Positions 1-13,961 are shown, numbered from the stretch's first letter. The stretch: DNA of 64,000 bases from Deltaproteobacteria bacterium (GCA_046583355.1 JAYGCM010000087.1:32001-96000); one strand, 5' to 3'. Notes: a model not told the origin generated them from the sequence alone. Program-made: numbers and translations.

Positions 1-595
1 TCAGCAGCGTCGCTTCGCCTGCGCCGACCAGGTTGCCGACATCGACCAGGTGCCGCCCGATGCGGCCGCTGATCGGTGCCCGGATCTGGGTATAGCTTAG
101 TTCGAGCTCGGTCTCGGCCAGCGCGGCACGATCGGCCGCGACGCTCGCCTCCAGGGTGCGCACTCGGGTCAGATTCTCAGCGAAATTCTCACGCGAGATA
201 TATTGCTGCGCGGCCAGCGGGCGGTAGCGCTCGACCTGCGCGTGGGCATGCGCAAGCTCGGCCTCGTCGCGCGCCAGGACTGCTTTGGCCTGCTGGACGG
301 CGGCCTCGAATTGGTCGGACTGAATGATGAAGAGCAGATCGTTTTGTGCGACGTCCTGGCCGTCACGAAAGAGACGCTCGAGGAGGTAGCCTGTCACGCG
401 TGCTCGCACTTGGACGGATTCCGATGCTGCCGTGATGCCGGCATAATCGACCCTTGAAGGTGCCGTGACGCTTGGGGCCGGGGTGACGTCAACGCGGGGC
501 GGTTGAGGCAGGGCCGCGCTGCCGCCGCAGCCATAGAATGCGGCCGCGCCGCTGCATGCCATCGCGATAAATAGATGCTTGCCTGCATCATGCAT
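1..595 (-). CDS. Efflux RND transporter periplasmic adaptor (membrane fusion protein), 3' end runs off window
   Basis: Manual translation of the minus strand from ATG 595: MHDAGKHLFIAMACSGAAAFYGC...SVQVRARVTGYL...LFII...ELSYTQIRAPISGRIGRHLVDVGNLV, the AcrA/MexA lipoyl-hairpin motifs. Absent from the ORF track because it has no stop in the window. Confidence 0.9.
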   Translation of the reverse strand, partial: MHDAGKHLFIAMACSGAAAFYGCGGSAALPQPPRVDVTPAPSVTAPSRVDYAGITAASESVQVRARVTGYLLERLFRDGQDVAQNDLLFIIQSDQFEAAVQQAKAVLARDEAELAHAHAQVERYRPLAAQQYISRENFAENLTRVRTLEASVAADRAALAETELELSYTQIRAPISGRIGRHLVDVGNLVGAGEATLL

Positions 596-775
596 CGTCA
601 GATTCTTTCTTTGTTCTCTTTCGCATAGGGCCGAGTTCCGAGAGAATACCGATCAGTAGGATTGGTAGATCCTCGCCTATGGCGTCCATCTACAGCTGAC
701 ATACTGCGGACGGGCGTAGAACGAAAGCGGCGATCCCCCTTGCGCCGGGCCCGGCAATGGGGTTCTTCGCAGCAG

Positions 776-1096
776 ATGACGAATCAGGAATATCTCCACC
801 GAGCTGACGCGTGTCTGGCGCGGGTGGCGGATTGGCTCGAAGCTTTTGACCCCGATGATGTCGATTATTCGACCACCGATGGCATGGTATCGCTCGAGTT
901 CCCGAGCGGGAAACGCTTCGTCCTGAATCGCCAATCCGGCAATAACCAGATGTGGTTCGCCGCCGGAGTGCGCGCCTGGCATTACGATTGGGACGAGGCC
1001 GGCCAGACCTGGCTCGACATAAAAGACGGTCACGAACTCTATGGCCGGATCGCCGAGGTCGTGAGCGAGAGGCTCGGCCGGCAGGTTTCGTTTTAG
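776..1096 (+). CDS. cyaY: Iron donor protein CyaY (frataxin family)
   Basis: 106 aa from ATG 776; frataxin motifs DGMVSLEF, FVLNRQ..NQMWFA, HYDW. Confidence 0.85.
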   Translation: MTNQEYLHRADACLARVADWLEAFDPDDVDYSTTDGMVSLEFPSGKRFVLNRQSGNNQMWFAAGVRAWHYDWDEAGQTWLDIKDGHELYGRIAEVVSERLGRQVSF

Positions 1097-1099
1097 CGG

Positions 1100-2440
1100 A
1101 TGCGCCGTCTCGGAGTCTACGCCCGGAGCGTTTATAGCCTCGGCGATATGAGCACCAATACGGCGCTCTCGGCTCTGACCATCATCTACGCCGCCTATTT
1201 TCTTACCCAGGTCGCGGGTCTGCGCCCCGTGCTCGCTGGCCTGGTGCCTTTGATCGGTCGTTTCGTCGATGCCTTCACCGACCCGATGATTGGCCGTCTC
1301 TCGGACCGCACGACTCTGGCCGGTGGCCGCCGGCGACCCTATTTTTTGATCGGTGCGATTCCCTTCGGCCTGACCTTCGCGATGCTCTGGTACGTTCCGC
1401 CGGTCGAGAGTCAGTTTCTCGCCTTCGTCTACTACACGGTCATCTATTGCCTCTTCAGTGTGGCGACGACGGTCTGCTCGGTGCCCTACCTGGCGCTGAT
1501 CCCCGAGATGGCGACCGATTACGATGATCGGACCTCGCTCAATGCCTACCGTGCGGTGGGTGCGACGATGGGCATCTTCGCTGCCATCGGCATGCGCCAG
1601 GTCGCCGATAGTTTTGGCGGCGGCCACGAGGGCTGGGCTCTGGCGGGCCTCTGTTACGGCGTCTTTCTGATTCTGCCCTGGGTTTGGGTACATCGCGTCA
1701 GCTTCGAGCGCCCCGAGTTTCGCCGTCCCCAGGTGGAGGTGCCGCCGCTGATCCCGAGCCTGCTCTCTGCTTTGCGTCAGAAGAGTTTCGTGCGTCTGGT
1801 CGCGCTCTATCTCTGCGGTCGCCTGGCGATGGATCTCGTCGGTGCGATGTTGATTCTATATGTGACCTACTGGCTGGGTCGCACCGGCGATTTCGAGACG
1901 ACGATGTTCCTCTTTCTCATCGCGGCACTTCTGAGCCTTCCTTTTTGGCTGATGCTGGCGCGGCGGGTCGATAAACGCACGGCCTTCATCGCTGGCGCGG
2001 CACTTTGGGCGACCACCCAGATCCTGCTCTTCCTGATCCAGCCGGATTGGCCTGTTTGGGTGATGTACAGCGGTATCTGCATTTCCGGTATCGGCTTTGC
2101 GGGGGTCGATATGATGCCCTGGTCGATGGTCGGCGATGTAATCGATGAAGACGATCTGGCAACCGGCGAGCGTCGCGAGGGGCTGTTCAACGGTTTGCTC
2201 ATGTTCCTGCGCAAACTTGCCGGCGCCATCGCGGTCTTCCTCGCGTTGGCGGCGCTCGATTTCGCCGGTTTTCGCGACGGCGGTGCGCAATCCCCGCAGG
2301 TGCTTTTGCTGATTCGCTTGCTCGTGAGCTTCGGCCCGGCGAGTTTCCTGCTGCTCGCGCTGGTGATGGCGCTGCGCTACCCGCTGACCCGCGCGCGCCA
2401 CGGCGAGATCCTCAAGGCTCTGGTCGCTCGCGGCAGGTAG
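1100..2440 (+). CDS. MFS transporter, glycoside-pentoside-hexuronide (MelB/GPH) family
   Basis: DAFTDPMIGRLSDRT...GRRRPY, VPYLALIPEM..DYDDRTSLN, GERREG, C-terminal YPLTR; about 12 TM. Confidence 0.9.
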   Translation: MRRLGVYARSVYSLGDMSTNTALSALTIIYAAYFLTQVAGLRPVLAGLVPLIGRFVDAFTDPMIGRLSDRTTLAGGRRRPYFLIGAIPFGLTFAMLWYVPPVESQFLAFVYYTVIYCLFSVATTVCSVPYLALIPEMATDYDDRTSLNAYRAVGATMGIFAAIGMRQVADSFGGGHEGWALAGLCYGVFLILPWVWVHRVSFERPEFRRPQVEVPPLIPSLLSALRQKSFVRLVALYLCGRLAMDLVGAMLILYVTYWLGRTGDFETTMFLFLIAALLSLPFWLMLARRVDKRTAFIAGAALWATTQILLFLIQPDWPVWVMYSGICISGIGFAGVDMMPWSMVGDVIDEDDLATGERREGLFNGLLMFLRKLAGAIAVFLALAALDFAGFRDGGAQSPQVLLLIRLLVSFGPASFLLLALVMALRYPLTRARHGEILKALVARGR

Positions 2441-2454
2441 GAGAGAAGAAGTCG

Positions 2455-3384
2455 ATGTCGGATTTACAGACGCGTTTTGCACGCTACGCCTGGTGGACGC
2501 TGGGGCTGACGGTGCTGGTCATCCTCTGGGGTACGGTTGTGCGGGCGACGGGTTCGGGCGCGGGTTGTGGCAGCCATTGGCCGCTTTGTAATGGTGTCGT
2601 CGTGCCGCTGGCGCCCAGCGCCAAGACCATCATTGAATTCGGCCACCGCGTAACCAGCGGAGCGGATCTGCTGCTGGTGGCCTTTTTGCTGTGGACTGCA
2701 CGTCGCGCCTGGCCCGCGCGCCACCGCGTGCGGCGTGCGGCCTGGGCCTCTTTGGTTCTGATTCTGATCGAGGCGCTTCTCGGTGCGGGTCTGGTGTTGC
2801 TGGAATACGTCGCCGATAACGCCGAGATTGCACGCGGCTGGTGGGTGGGGGCCCACCTGCTCAATACCTATCTGCTCTTGGCCGCGTTGACCTATACCGC
2901 GCATTTCGCCTCGGGTGGCCGCGCCTTTATCTTGCGTGGCAGGCGCGCCGGAATGTTCGCGGCCGTGCTCGCCATGGTCGCCCTTCTCGGTATGAGCGGG
3001 GCGCTTACGGCGCTGGGCGATACGCTCTTCCCGGTCGCTGATCTTGCCGCCGGCACGGCACTGACCTTCTCGCCCGATGCGCATATCTTCGTTCGGCTGC
3101 GGGTCTGGCATCCTGTGCTCGCGGTGGTGGCCGGGGTTTTTCTTCTTGCGGCGACGTGGCAGACCTCGATGGACGCACAGAATCCGCGCGTGTCGCGCCT
3201 GAGCGTGCAATTAGCGGGCCTCTTTCTGGCGCAGATGGCCATCGGCGTGGCGAATGTCGGTCTATTGGCGCCCGTTTGGTTGCAGGTCGTTCACCTGCTC
3301 TTCGCCGACGGGATCTGGATCGTATTGCTGCTCCTGGCCGCCGAGGCGCTCGCCGACGAATCGCCCGTGGTCGCTCAGTCCTGA
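2455..3384 (+). CDS. ctaA: Heme A synthase, COX15/CtaA family
   Basis: VRATGSGAGCGSHWPLCNG, EFGHR and further TM His residues; RBS AGGAG upstream. Confidence 0.8.
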   Translation: MSDLQTRFARYAWWTLGLTVLVILWGTVVRATGSGAGCGSHWPLCNGVVVPLAPSAKTIIEFGHRVTSGADLLLVAFLLWTARRAWPARHRVRRAAWASLVLILIEALLGAGLVLLEYVADNAEIARGWWVGAHLLNTYLLLAALTYTAHFASGGRAFILRGRRAGMFAAVLAMVALLGMSGALTALGDTLFPVADLAAGTALTFSPDAHIFVRLRVWHPVLAVVAGVFLLAATWQTSMDAQNPRVSRLSVQLAGLFLAQMAIGVANVGLLAPVWLQVVHLLFADGIWIVLLLLAAEALADESPVVAQS

Positions 3385-4367
3385 ATTCCGACAAGGCGCT
3401 GGAGCGCCGGCCGCATGCGCTCGGTCGCGGCATACCCCTCCGCGATCGCTTCGGCGGCGTGGTCGAAATCGAGCAGGCGAATGTTCTCCAGGCGAGGCTC
3501 GATCAGCAGGTCGGCCGGATCTCCTGCGATGCGGCTACGGGTCACGCGGTCCTGCATGATATTGATCGCGCCGGCCATGACATCGAAGAAGCCCGGCGCC
3601 TTGCTTCGGCCGCTTCCGCGCGGCGTGAAGAGGAAACGTGCGGGACCTTCGAGCCTTGCCCGCAGCGCTGCGGGGAGCTTCTCGAGGGTATCATCCAACC
3701 CGCGGGGGTCGTCGCCGAAAATGGAGAAGGGCGTCGTCCGATGCGTATTGCGGTCGGTGAGAATGCCGCTGAGATTGACGGCGATGACGAGATCGGCGCC
3801 GAGCGCGCGGCAGACCGAGACCGGCACGGGGTTCACCAGGCCGCCATCCACCAGCCAACTCGTGCCGTATTGCACCGGCGGCAGGAGGCCCGGCAGGGAA
3901 ATCGAGGCCCGCACGGCATCGTGCAAGGAACCCTTATTGAGCCAGATTTCACGACCGGATTCAAAATCCGTGGCAACCGCCGTAAAGGGTAGCGGCAGAG
4001 CCTCGATTTCCACGTCGGCCGCGACCCGCTCGAAAGCCTCGAAGAGCCGCGCGCCGCCGATCACGCCGCCGCGTCCCGGCGCGAGGTCCATCAGGCGGAA
4101 GATATCGAGTTTGCCCACGGAGCGGGCCCAATCTTCCAGCGCATCGAGTTGCCCGCTGACATAGGCGCCGCCGACCAGAGCACCGGCGGATGTGCCAGCG
4201 ACGATCGCGGGTTCGATCCCCATCTCATGCAGCGCCCGCAGGACGCCGATATGAGCCCAGCCGCGCGCCGAGCCACTGCCCAATGCGACGCCGAGGCGAG
4301 GCTTGCCGGGGGCGGGGATCGAGCGCTGCGTGCCGCGGCGGTTCGTGGTTTTTGTGCGTCGGGCCAT
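3375..4367 (-). CDS. Patatin-like phospholipase (RssA/NTE family)
   Basis: ALGSGSARGWAHIGV oxyanion motif, GTSAG nucleophile, DGG catalytic Asp; start placed at MARRTK (uncertain). Confidence 0.9.
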   Translation of the reverse strand: MARRTKTTNRRGTQRSIPAPGKPRLGVALGSGSARGWAHIGVLRALHEMGIEPAIVAGTSAGALVGGAYVSGQLDALEDWARSVGKLDIFRLMDLAPGRGGVIGGARLFEAFERVAADVEIEALPLPFTAVATDFESGREIWLNKGSLHDAVRASISLPGLLPPVQYGTSWLVDGGLVNPVPVSVCRALGADLVIAVNLSGILTDRNTHRTTPFSIFGDDPRGLDDTLEKLPAALRARLEGPARFLFTPRGSGRSKAPGFFDVMAGAINIMQDRVTRSRIAGDPADLLIEPRLENIRLLDFDHAAEAIAEGYAATERMRPALQRLVGIQD

Positions 4368-4441
4368 GCCTGCGGACATCATGGCTGGAGGTGCGGTCGA
4401 ATTGCAACGCTCGTGCTTCCGTGGCGTGCTAAACTCACAGC

Positions 4442-5260
4442 GTGAATCCGCTGTACCTGCTGCTTGGGCTCGCGTTTCTCGGCGCGCTCTTTGCGGTTCT
4501 CGAAGGGCTTTGGCCCGCCGAGGTCGGCCAGAGGCGTCTGCGCGCGGGGTTGCGCACGGATCTCGTCTATTGGTTCCTGACGCCTTTGGCGACAAGGCCC
4601 TTGACGGGCGTGGCGATCGCGCTTGCCTTGGTCGCGACTGCCTTGCTTGCCGGTACGCCGCTCACCACCGAGGCGATCAGCCGTTTTCTGGCGCCGCGCG
4701 GGCTGGTCCAGGCCCTGCCGCGCTGGGCTCAGGCCGTCGCCTTTTTTCTTCTCGCCGATTTGCTGGGCTATCTGGCGCATCGACTTTTACATGGCCGCCG
4801 GCTCTGGCCGGTACATGCTGTGCACCATTCCTCGCGCGAGGTCGACTGGCTCTCGTCGGTGCGCGCGCATCCGTTGAACGACCTCTTCACGCGCTCGCTG
4901 CAGGCGGTGCCGCTTGTGCTCTTCGGTTTCGACCCGGCCTTGCTGGTGGCCTGGGTTCCTTTCCTGGTCTTCTATTCGATCTTTCTGCACGCCAATGTGC
5001 CCTGGGATTTCGGCCCCTTACGCTACGTGATCGCCACGCCGGCCTTCCATCGCTGGCACCACGCCGAGACCCGTCGCGAGGCCTGTAATTTCGCTGGCCT
5101 CTTTCCGCTTTGGGACCTTGCCTTCGGGACCTGGCATCTGCCTCGCGGCGAAACTCCGCCGGCCTACGGCATCTGCAACGACGATATGCCTGCCGGCGTT
5201 CTCGGCCAGATGGCCTATCCCTTCCGTCGCCGCGCGGCCGCGGATTCTTCCGTGCCTTAG
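4442..5260 (+). CDS. Sterol desaturase / fatty acid hydroxylase family protein
   Basis: His boxes HRLLH, HAVHHS, HANV, FHRWHH; hydrophobic. Confidence 0.9.
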   Translation: MNPLYLLLGLAFLGALFAVLEGLWPAEVGQRRLRAGLRTDLVYWFLTPLATRPLTGVAIALALVATALLAGTPLTTEAISRFLAPRGLVQALPRWAQAVAFFLLADLLGYLAHRLLHGRRLWPVHAVHHSSREVDWLSSVRAHPLNDLFTRSLQAVPLVLFGFDPALLVAWVPFLVFYSIFLHANVPWDFGPLRYVIATPAFHRWHHAETRREACNFAGLFPLWDLAFGTWHLPRGETPPAYGICNDDMPAGVLGQMAYPFRRRAAADSSVP

Positions 5261-5757
5261 AATTGCACGGCGATCGTGTCGCCGCTTTTGAGCTGGCATT
5301 CGCCCACGCCACCGCCGGGCATTCCCTCTGACGGGTTGGCGAGTTGGAAGCGGCAGCGCATTACGTCACCAAGGTTTCCGAAGAGCGTCGAGATGACCTT
5401 GCCCGAATAATTCTGGAGGAAGGTCGAGTAGCTACTGCCGCCCATCCACGGTCCGCCATAGGAACCCCAATCCGCCCAATAGGGCCCCCAGCCACCCCAG
5501 CCGCCCCAGGCGGTGCCGAGCGAGTCGGCCGTGCTGGTCGTGGTGATCTGCAGGTAGCGCCCGGTGAAGAGTTCCCCGCTGGGCAGGGTCACGGCGAGCT
5601 TGCCGGCGCTGTCGAAGGGATCCATCTGCCAATCCATCGTGACAGCTTGACTGCCGGGCGCGCCGGACATTTCGAGTCGGCCCTGGATGACGCCCTGCTG
5701 GGTGCAGCCAGCGAGAAATGCCACGAGGGCGAGTGAGTAGATGGTCGTTCTGAGCAT
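5257..5757 (-). CDS. Hypothetical lipoprotein with Trp/Gly-rich insert
   Basis: RBS AAGGA, lipobox LAGC, WGGWGGWGPYWADWG segment, MRC..GVGEC near the C-terminus. Confidence 0.75.
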   Translation of the reverse strand: MLRTTIYSLALVAFLAGCTQQGVIQGRLEMSGAPGSQAVTMDWQMDPFDSAGKLAVTLPSGELFTGRYLQITTTSTADSLGTAWGGWGGWGPYWADWGSYGGPWMGGSSYSTFLQNYSGKVISTLFGNLGDVMRCRFQLANPSEGMPGGGVGECQLKSGDTIAVQF

Positions 5758-5814
5758 ATGTCCTTCTTTCTTTGGCGCGGGGGCCAGCGCCGTAGTAGGG
5801 ACTGGTTTGAAATT

Positions 5815-6228
5815 ATGCAAGTCGAAGTCTGTGGCGCACGTCGCCTGAAATCCGCGCCGCTGGTCCTGACCTTGGCGCTCTTTTGTCTGTTGGCGGGCTG
5901 CGCATTGACCTCGGGTGGTCCTGCGGTGGCGCCCGCGGCGAGTTTCGTTGTCGCCGCGGGTGAGGAATTTGATGTACGACTTCTCGCCAACCGCAGCACA
6001 GGCTATTCCTGGGCTCTGGGTGCGGCGCTCGACGAGAGCCGCCTGACGCTGGTGCGCCACGAGTATGACGCCCCAGCGGCGGGCCGTCCGGGCGAGGGGG
6101 GGATTTCGATGTGGCGTTTTCGTGGCGTGGCGTCCGGACGAACCACGCTTCTCTTCTTCTACCGCCGACCGTGGGCCCTCGATGCTGGTCCGGCGCGTAC
6201 CATGCAATACTCTGTGGTTGTCCAGTAG
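5815..6228 (+). CDS. Protease inhibitor I42 (chagasin) family lipoprotein
   Basis: Lipobox LAGC; chagasin loops NRSTGYSW, GEGG, YRRPW; start uncertain. Confidence 0.85.
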   Translation: MQVEVCGARRLKSAPLVLTLALFCLLAGCALTSGGPAVAPAASFVVAAGEEFDVRLLANRSTGYSWALGAALDESRLTLVRHEYDAPAAGRPGEGGISMWRFRGVASGRTTLLFFYRRPWALDAGPARTMQYSVVVQ

Positions 6229-6363
6229 CCGACTTGCGACGCGGCGCGTCGTGGGGGATGTCTGAGACGGCTTCGCATTCTGTGCCTGTTCATGAGAGGC
6301 AACCGGGAGGCCCGACCGCCAAGGTCGGGTCGCCAGAGGTTTTCAGCCACCAAGGGGACTTTC

Positions 6364-8808
6364 ATGCGGGATCGGGTTTCGTTTTTTCTTGTCGTATTGG
6401 GCCTGGGTTTGTTGCTTGTATCACCGGCCTTGGCTGCCGGACCGGCGCTGCTCGATGCGGTCGAGGATCGCACCGACGTCGGCGGATTTGCGGACGAACT
6501 CGATGCCAGCCCGGCGCAGGAAGAGTTGGTGGCCGAAGGCAAAAAGGTGCCGGGCATCACCAAGCGGCGTGAGGCCCGCCTCGAAGAGATCGTAGTGACG
6601 GCGCGCAAGCGATCCGAGGCATTGGAGGACACGCCCGTCTCGGTCAGTGCCTTGAGTGAGAATACCCTGCTCGAAACCGGCGTCCTGAGTCTACAGGACA
6701 TTCAGAAGCTGGTGCCGAATCTCCAGATTACCACCGGCCGCAGCGGCCAGAGTGCCGGAATCTCGATTCGCGGCATTGGCACGGCGACCGGAGATCTGGC
6801 CTTCGGCCAGGGAGTCGGCCTTTATATCGATGGCGTCTACCTGCCACGCGCGCTCGGCTCGATTGTCGATATTGTCGATGTCTCCCAGATTGAGGTGCTG
6901 CGCGGTCCCCAGGGTACGCTTTTCGGCAAGAATACCGTCGGCGGCGCGATCAATATCACGACGCAAAAACCCGGCGAGTACGTCAGCGGCTCTGCCCTCG
7001 TGCGCTTCGGCAACTTCGGCCTCGTCCATACCAAGGCGATGCTCAACCTTCCGGTGGATATCGGTTGGTTCGAGGACAAGCTCTTTTCGCGCGTCTCCTT
7101 CGTCTCGTCCAACGATGATGGCTATGTCAAAAACGCGGGAGCGGGCAAGGCTTCGTCGAACCGCAACTCGATCAACTTCCTCGGCTCGCTGCGCTTTCTT
7201 CCCACCGCCGGCGTGACCGTCGATCTCACGGGCACTTGGTCGCGCAGCCATACCCGTGGCCGTGGCGGCCAATGCATTTATGTCCGCGACGGAAACTTCG
7301 CCGGGTTGGAGCCTGCTGATTTCAAGGGCGACGACGGCAATTGCAGCAGTACCACGCCGCTGCGCAATCAGCCCTTTCCGAACGGCCTCGCCGATGTCGA
7401 GAGTTACGGTATGTGGGGTACGGCGACGTGGGATGTGAGCGAAATGATGGACGTGCCCGGCCTCGACGATTTCACCATCAAGCTGATTCCGGCCTGGCGT
7501 GAACAAATCCCGCGCATCATCGACGATATCGACAATACTGAAGATATCGTATTGCAGATCGCCAGCGCCGGCGGCGCACCGGAGCTCGGGGAGCCTGGCT
7601 TCCAGCGCCAATTTTCGGGGGACCTCCAATTCATCGGCAGCGTAGGCGAAGGGCGCGGCAGCTTCGTCGTGGGTGCGTTCGGCATGCGCGAAGACGCGGA
7701 GACCCATTCGGCGATCTGGGTGCTGCCCGATACCTTCAACTTTTCCAATACGGATTATATTTCGATCACCAATGTGGATGCCGCGTTCTACGGCCAGGGC
7801 AGCTACGACCTGACGGAGTGGGCGAATGTGACGGCCGGATTGCGCTGGACCCAAGAGCGCAAGAAAATCGCCAAACTCCAGTTCTCGACCTTCAACCCGG
7901 AAGCCATCGGGATCGATGCACGCAATCAGGCCACCTTCACGGCTTGGACGCCGATGGTAAGCTTGGCCTTGACTATGCCCGAGGAGTATTGGGACGGGAC
8001 CCCGGTCGAGCATCTGATGGGCTATTTCACCTACTCGCAGGGCTTCAAGGCCGGCGGCTTCAACGCGACGGTGGGCAGTCAGGGGACGGACCTCGAACAA
8101 TTTGCGCCCGAGTATCTCGACTCCTGGGAGTTGGGCGTCAAGGCGGTCGCGTTTGATCGACGTTTGACGATGAATACCTCGTTTTTCTTCGGCGACTACC
8201 GCGACCTGCAGGTCGCGACGATCTCGGCGCGACCCGACGAAGACGGCGATGGTCTGCCCGAGTTCACTCGCTCGGTGCGCAATGCCGGCACGGCAACCAC
8301 GCGCGGCCTCGAATTCGAGGTGGTGGCGGCACCGATTGACGGGCTACGGATCATGGGCTCGGTGGGCCTGGTCCGGGGCGTCTATACTGAATTCATCGGC
8401 GAGGATGGCTACACCGGCGATGCGGTCGACCGATCCGGCCAGACCTTCAATAATATCCCCGAGTTGCAGACCAATATTTCGCTACAATATTCGCTTCCGG
8501 TGCCCGCCTTCGGACCCGCTTGGACGGAGGGCTGGTTTACGTCCTATATGGATTGGAGTTACCGCAGCTCGGTTCATTACGGCCCGCCTGAGGTGGAACC
8601 GGGGATACAGCCGGGCTTCAGCCTGGTCGATATCCGCTTCAGCTACGACTTCCTCGGCGAGCAGGCGCAGGTCGCCTTATGGACCAAGAACGTGCTCGAT
8701 GTCGAGAACCACACCGGTGGCGGGGCCCTCGTCCAGCTCTTCGGTTTCGTGAGTCGCTATTATAATCCGCCGCGCACCTTCGGTGCGGAGGTCTCCTACC
8801 GTTTTTAG
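6364..8808 (+). CDS. TonB-dependent outer membrane receptor
   Basis: Signal peptide, EEIVVTARKR TonB box, IEVLRGPQGTLFGKNTVGGAINI plug motif, C-terminal PRTFGAEVSYRF. Confidence 0.95.
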   Translation: MRDRVSFFLVVLGLGLLLVSPALAAGPALLDAVEDRTDVGGFADELDASPAQEELVAEGKKVPGITKRREARLEEIVVTARKRSEALEDTPVSVSALSENTLLETGVLSLQDIQKLVPNLQITTGRSGQSAGISIRGIGTATGDLAFGQGVGLYIDGVYLPRALGSIVDIVDVSQIEVLRGPQGTLFGKNTVGGAINITTQKPGEYVSGSALVRFGNFGLVHTKAMLNLPVDIGWFEDKLFSRVSFVSSNDDGYVKNAGAGKASSNRNSINFLGSLRFLPTAGVTVDLTGTWSRSHTRGRGGQCIYVRDGNFAGLEPADFKGDDGNCSSTTPLRNQPFPNGLADVESYGMWGTATWDVSEMMDVPGLDDFTIKLIPAWREQIPRIIDDIDNTEDIVLQIASAGGAPELGEPGFQRQFSGDLQFIGSVGEGRGSFVVGAFGMREDAETHSAIWVLPDTFNFSNTDYISITNVDAAFYGQGSYDLTEWANVTAGLRWTQERKKIAKLQFSTFNPEAIGIDARNQATFTAWTPMVSLALTMPEEYWDGTPVEHLMGYFTYSQGFKAGGFNATVGSQGTDLEQFAPEYLDSWELGVKAVAFDRRLTMNTSFFFGDYRDLQVATISARPDEDGDGLPEFTRSVRNAGTATTRGLEFEVVAAPIDGLRIMGSVGLVRGVYTEFIGEDGYTGDAVDRSGQTFNNIPELQTNISLQYSLPVPAFGPAWTEGWFTSYMDWSYRSSVHYGPPEVEPGIQPGFSLVDIRFSYDFLGEQAQVALWTKNVLDVENHTGGGALVQLFGFVSRYYNPPRTFGAEVSYRF

Positions 8809-10181
8809 ACGCGGATCGTTGCCCAGCTGCCCTGGCGGAAGCGCCAGATCTTGAGCAGCGAGCGGATGATATAATCGGCGATCAGAGTGGCCCAGAGCCA
8901 GGCCAGCCCGAGGTCGAAGACGAAGACGACCAGGGCCGAGAGCCCGAGGCGGCCTGCGTAGAAGGCGATCAGGACGGTGAGCAGGGGGAAGCGCGTATCG
9001 CCGGCGCCGCGCAGGGCGCCGCCGAGCGTGAAGTCGATCGCCATGAAGGGCTGCGAGATGCCGAGCATGTAGATGAACCAGACCGTATTGGAGATCACGA
9101 CGGGATCGTCGACGAAAAGCGAGGCGACTTCTTTGGCGAAAAAGGCGATCGCCACACCGCTGGCGCTCATCATCGCCACCGACATCCCGGTGGCGATCCA
9201 GCCCGCGCTCGCCGCCTCTTCAGGACGGCGAGCACCGAGGTTCTGACCGACCAGCGCGCTTGCGGCCGCACCGAAACCGAAGCCTGGCAGAAACGAGAGG
9301 GCGAGGATGCGCACGCCGATGAAATACGCCGCGACGGCTTCGGTGCCGTAGCGCACGGCGAAGACCAGATAGACAAGAAAGCCGACCTGCATCATCGCCT
9401 GCTCGACAGCGGCGGGGTAGCCGATCCAGAGTACGCGCCGGATGGTCGTGAATTGCAGGCGCAGGTCACGCAGATGCAATGAAATTCGCAGACGTTGTAG
9501 AATGCCGAGCGTGATCGCGATGGTTGCGCCGCAGCCGAAGGCAATGGTGGTGGCGATCGCGGAGCCGGCGACACCGAGCGCGGGCGCGCCCAGGTTGCCG
9601 AAGATCAGGACCCAGTTGAGAAACACATTGACAAGATTGACGATGACGCCGATCCATAGCGGCGTGCGGGTGTCGCCGGCGGCGCGTTGCGCGGCGCCGA
9701 CGACGAAAAGGGTCGCGGCCAACGGAATCGAGAGCATGACGACGCGGGTATAATCGGCCCCCATTGTGGCAACCGAGGGCTCCACGCCGAAGAGATTCAC
9801 GATGCCGGTGGCAAAGAAGATGATCGGCGTGATGACGGCGATGGAGCCCAGAAAGGCGACAACGATGGATTGGCCGTGCACATGCTCGGCCTCGTCATGC
9901 TCGCCCGCACCGACATGGCGCGCGACCAAGGCCATGGTGCCGGTGCCGACGGCGGTCATCGTGACCATCGCGGCGCCCAGGATCTGCCCGCCGGTGCCGA
10001 CCGCCGCCACTGCGGTGGCGCCGAGCTTGGCGACCATCAGCATATCGACCAGGCCCACAAGGGACTCCGAGAGCATCGCCAGGGTTACCGGCCAGGCAAG
10101 GGCCCAGACACTGCGCGGACTGGTTGCGGAGAGAAGCGTGGCCGGTTTTTTCCGCCGGGTATCGGAGGCATGCGTGCTCAT
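8805..10181 (-). CDS. MATE family efflux transporter
   Basis: LAWPV, GDTRTP, NWVLIFG...LGVAGSAIAT, VGQNLGA, LRGAGDT; two-fold internal repeat. Confidence 0.93.
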   Translation of the reverse strand: MSTHASDTRRKKPATLLSATSPRSVWALAWPVTLAMLSESLVGLVDMLMVAKLGATAVAAVGTGGQILGAAMVTMTAVGTGTMALVARHVGAGEHDEAEHVHGQSIVVAFLGSIAVITPIIFFATGIVNLFGVEPSVATMGADYTRVVMLSIPLAATLFVVGAAQRAAGDTRTPLWIGVIVNLVNVFLNWVLIFGNLGAPALGVAGSAIATTIAFGCGATIAITLGILQRLRISLHLRDLRLQFTTIRRVLWIGYPAAVEQAMMQVGFLVYLVFAVRYGTEAVAAYFIGVRILALSFLPGFGFGAAASALVGQNLGARRPEEAASAGWIATGMSVAMMSASGVAIAFFAKEVASLFVDDPVVISNTVWFIYMLGISQPFMAIDFTLGGALRGAGDTRFPLLTVLIAFYAGRLGLSALVVFVFDLGLAWLWATLIADYIIRSLLKIWRFRQGSWATIRV

Positions 10182-10203
10182 GGGGCCAGGAGTCGGGCGC
10201 GGC

Positions 10204-13884
<3,681 letters not shown>

Positions 13885-13961
13885 GCTGGGCATTCTAACG
13901 GATTGGGCGGTCAGGGCCATTCCCCGCTCTTGCCACGCTTGTGTCGGTTTCGCCGGGGCCT

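Noticed and set aside
6229..6363. Cobalamin or other riboswitch ahead of the TonB receptor (or ahead of metH)
   Set aside because: Only a short hairpin (CCCGACC-GCCAA-GGTCGGG) is visible, with no B12-box or SAM-riboswitch consensus recognised; the metH leader is too short
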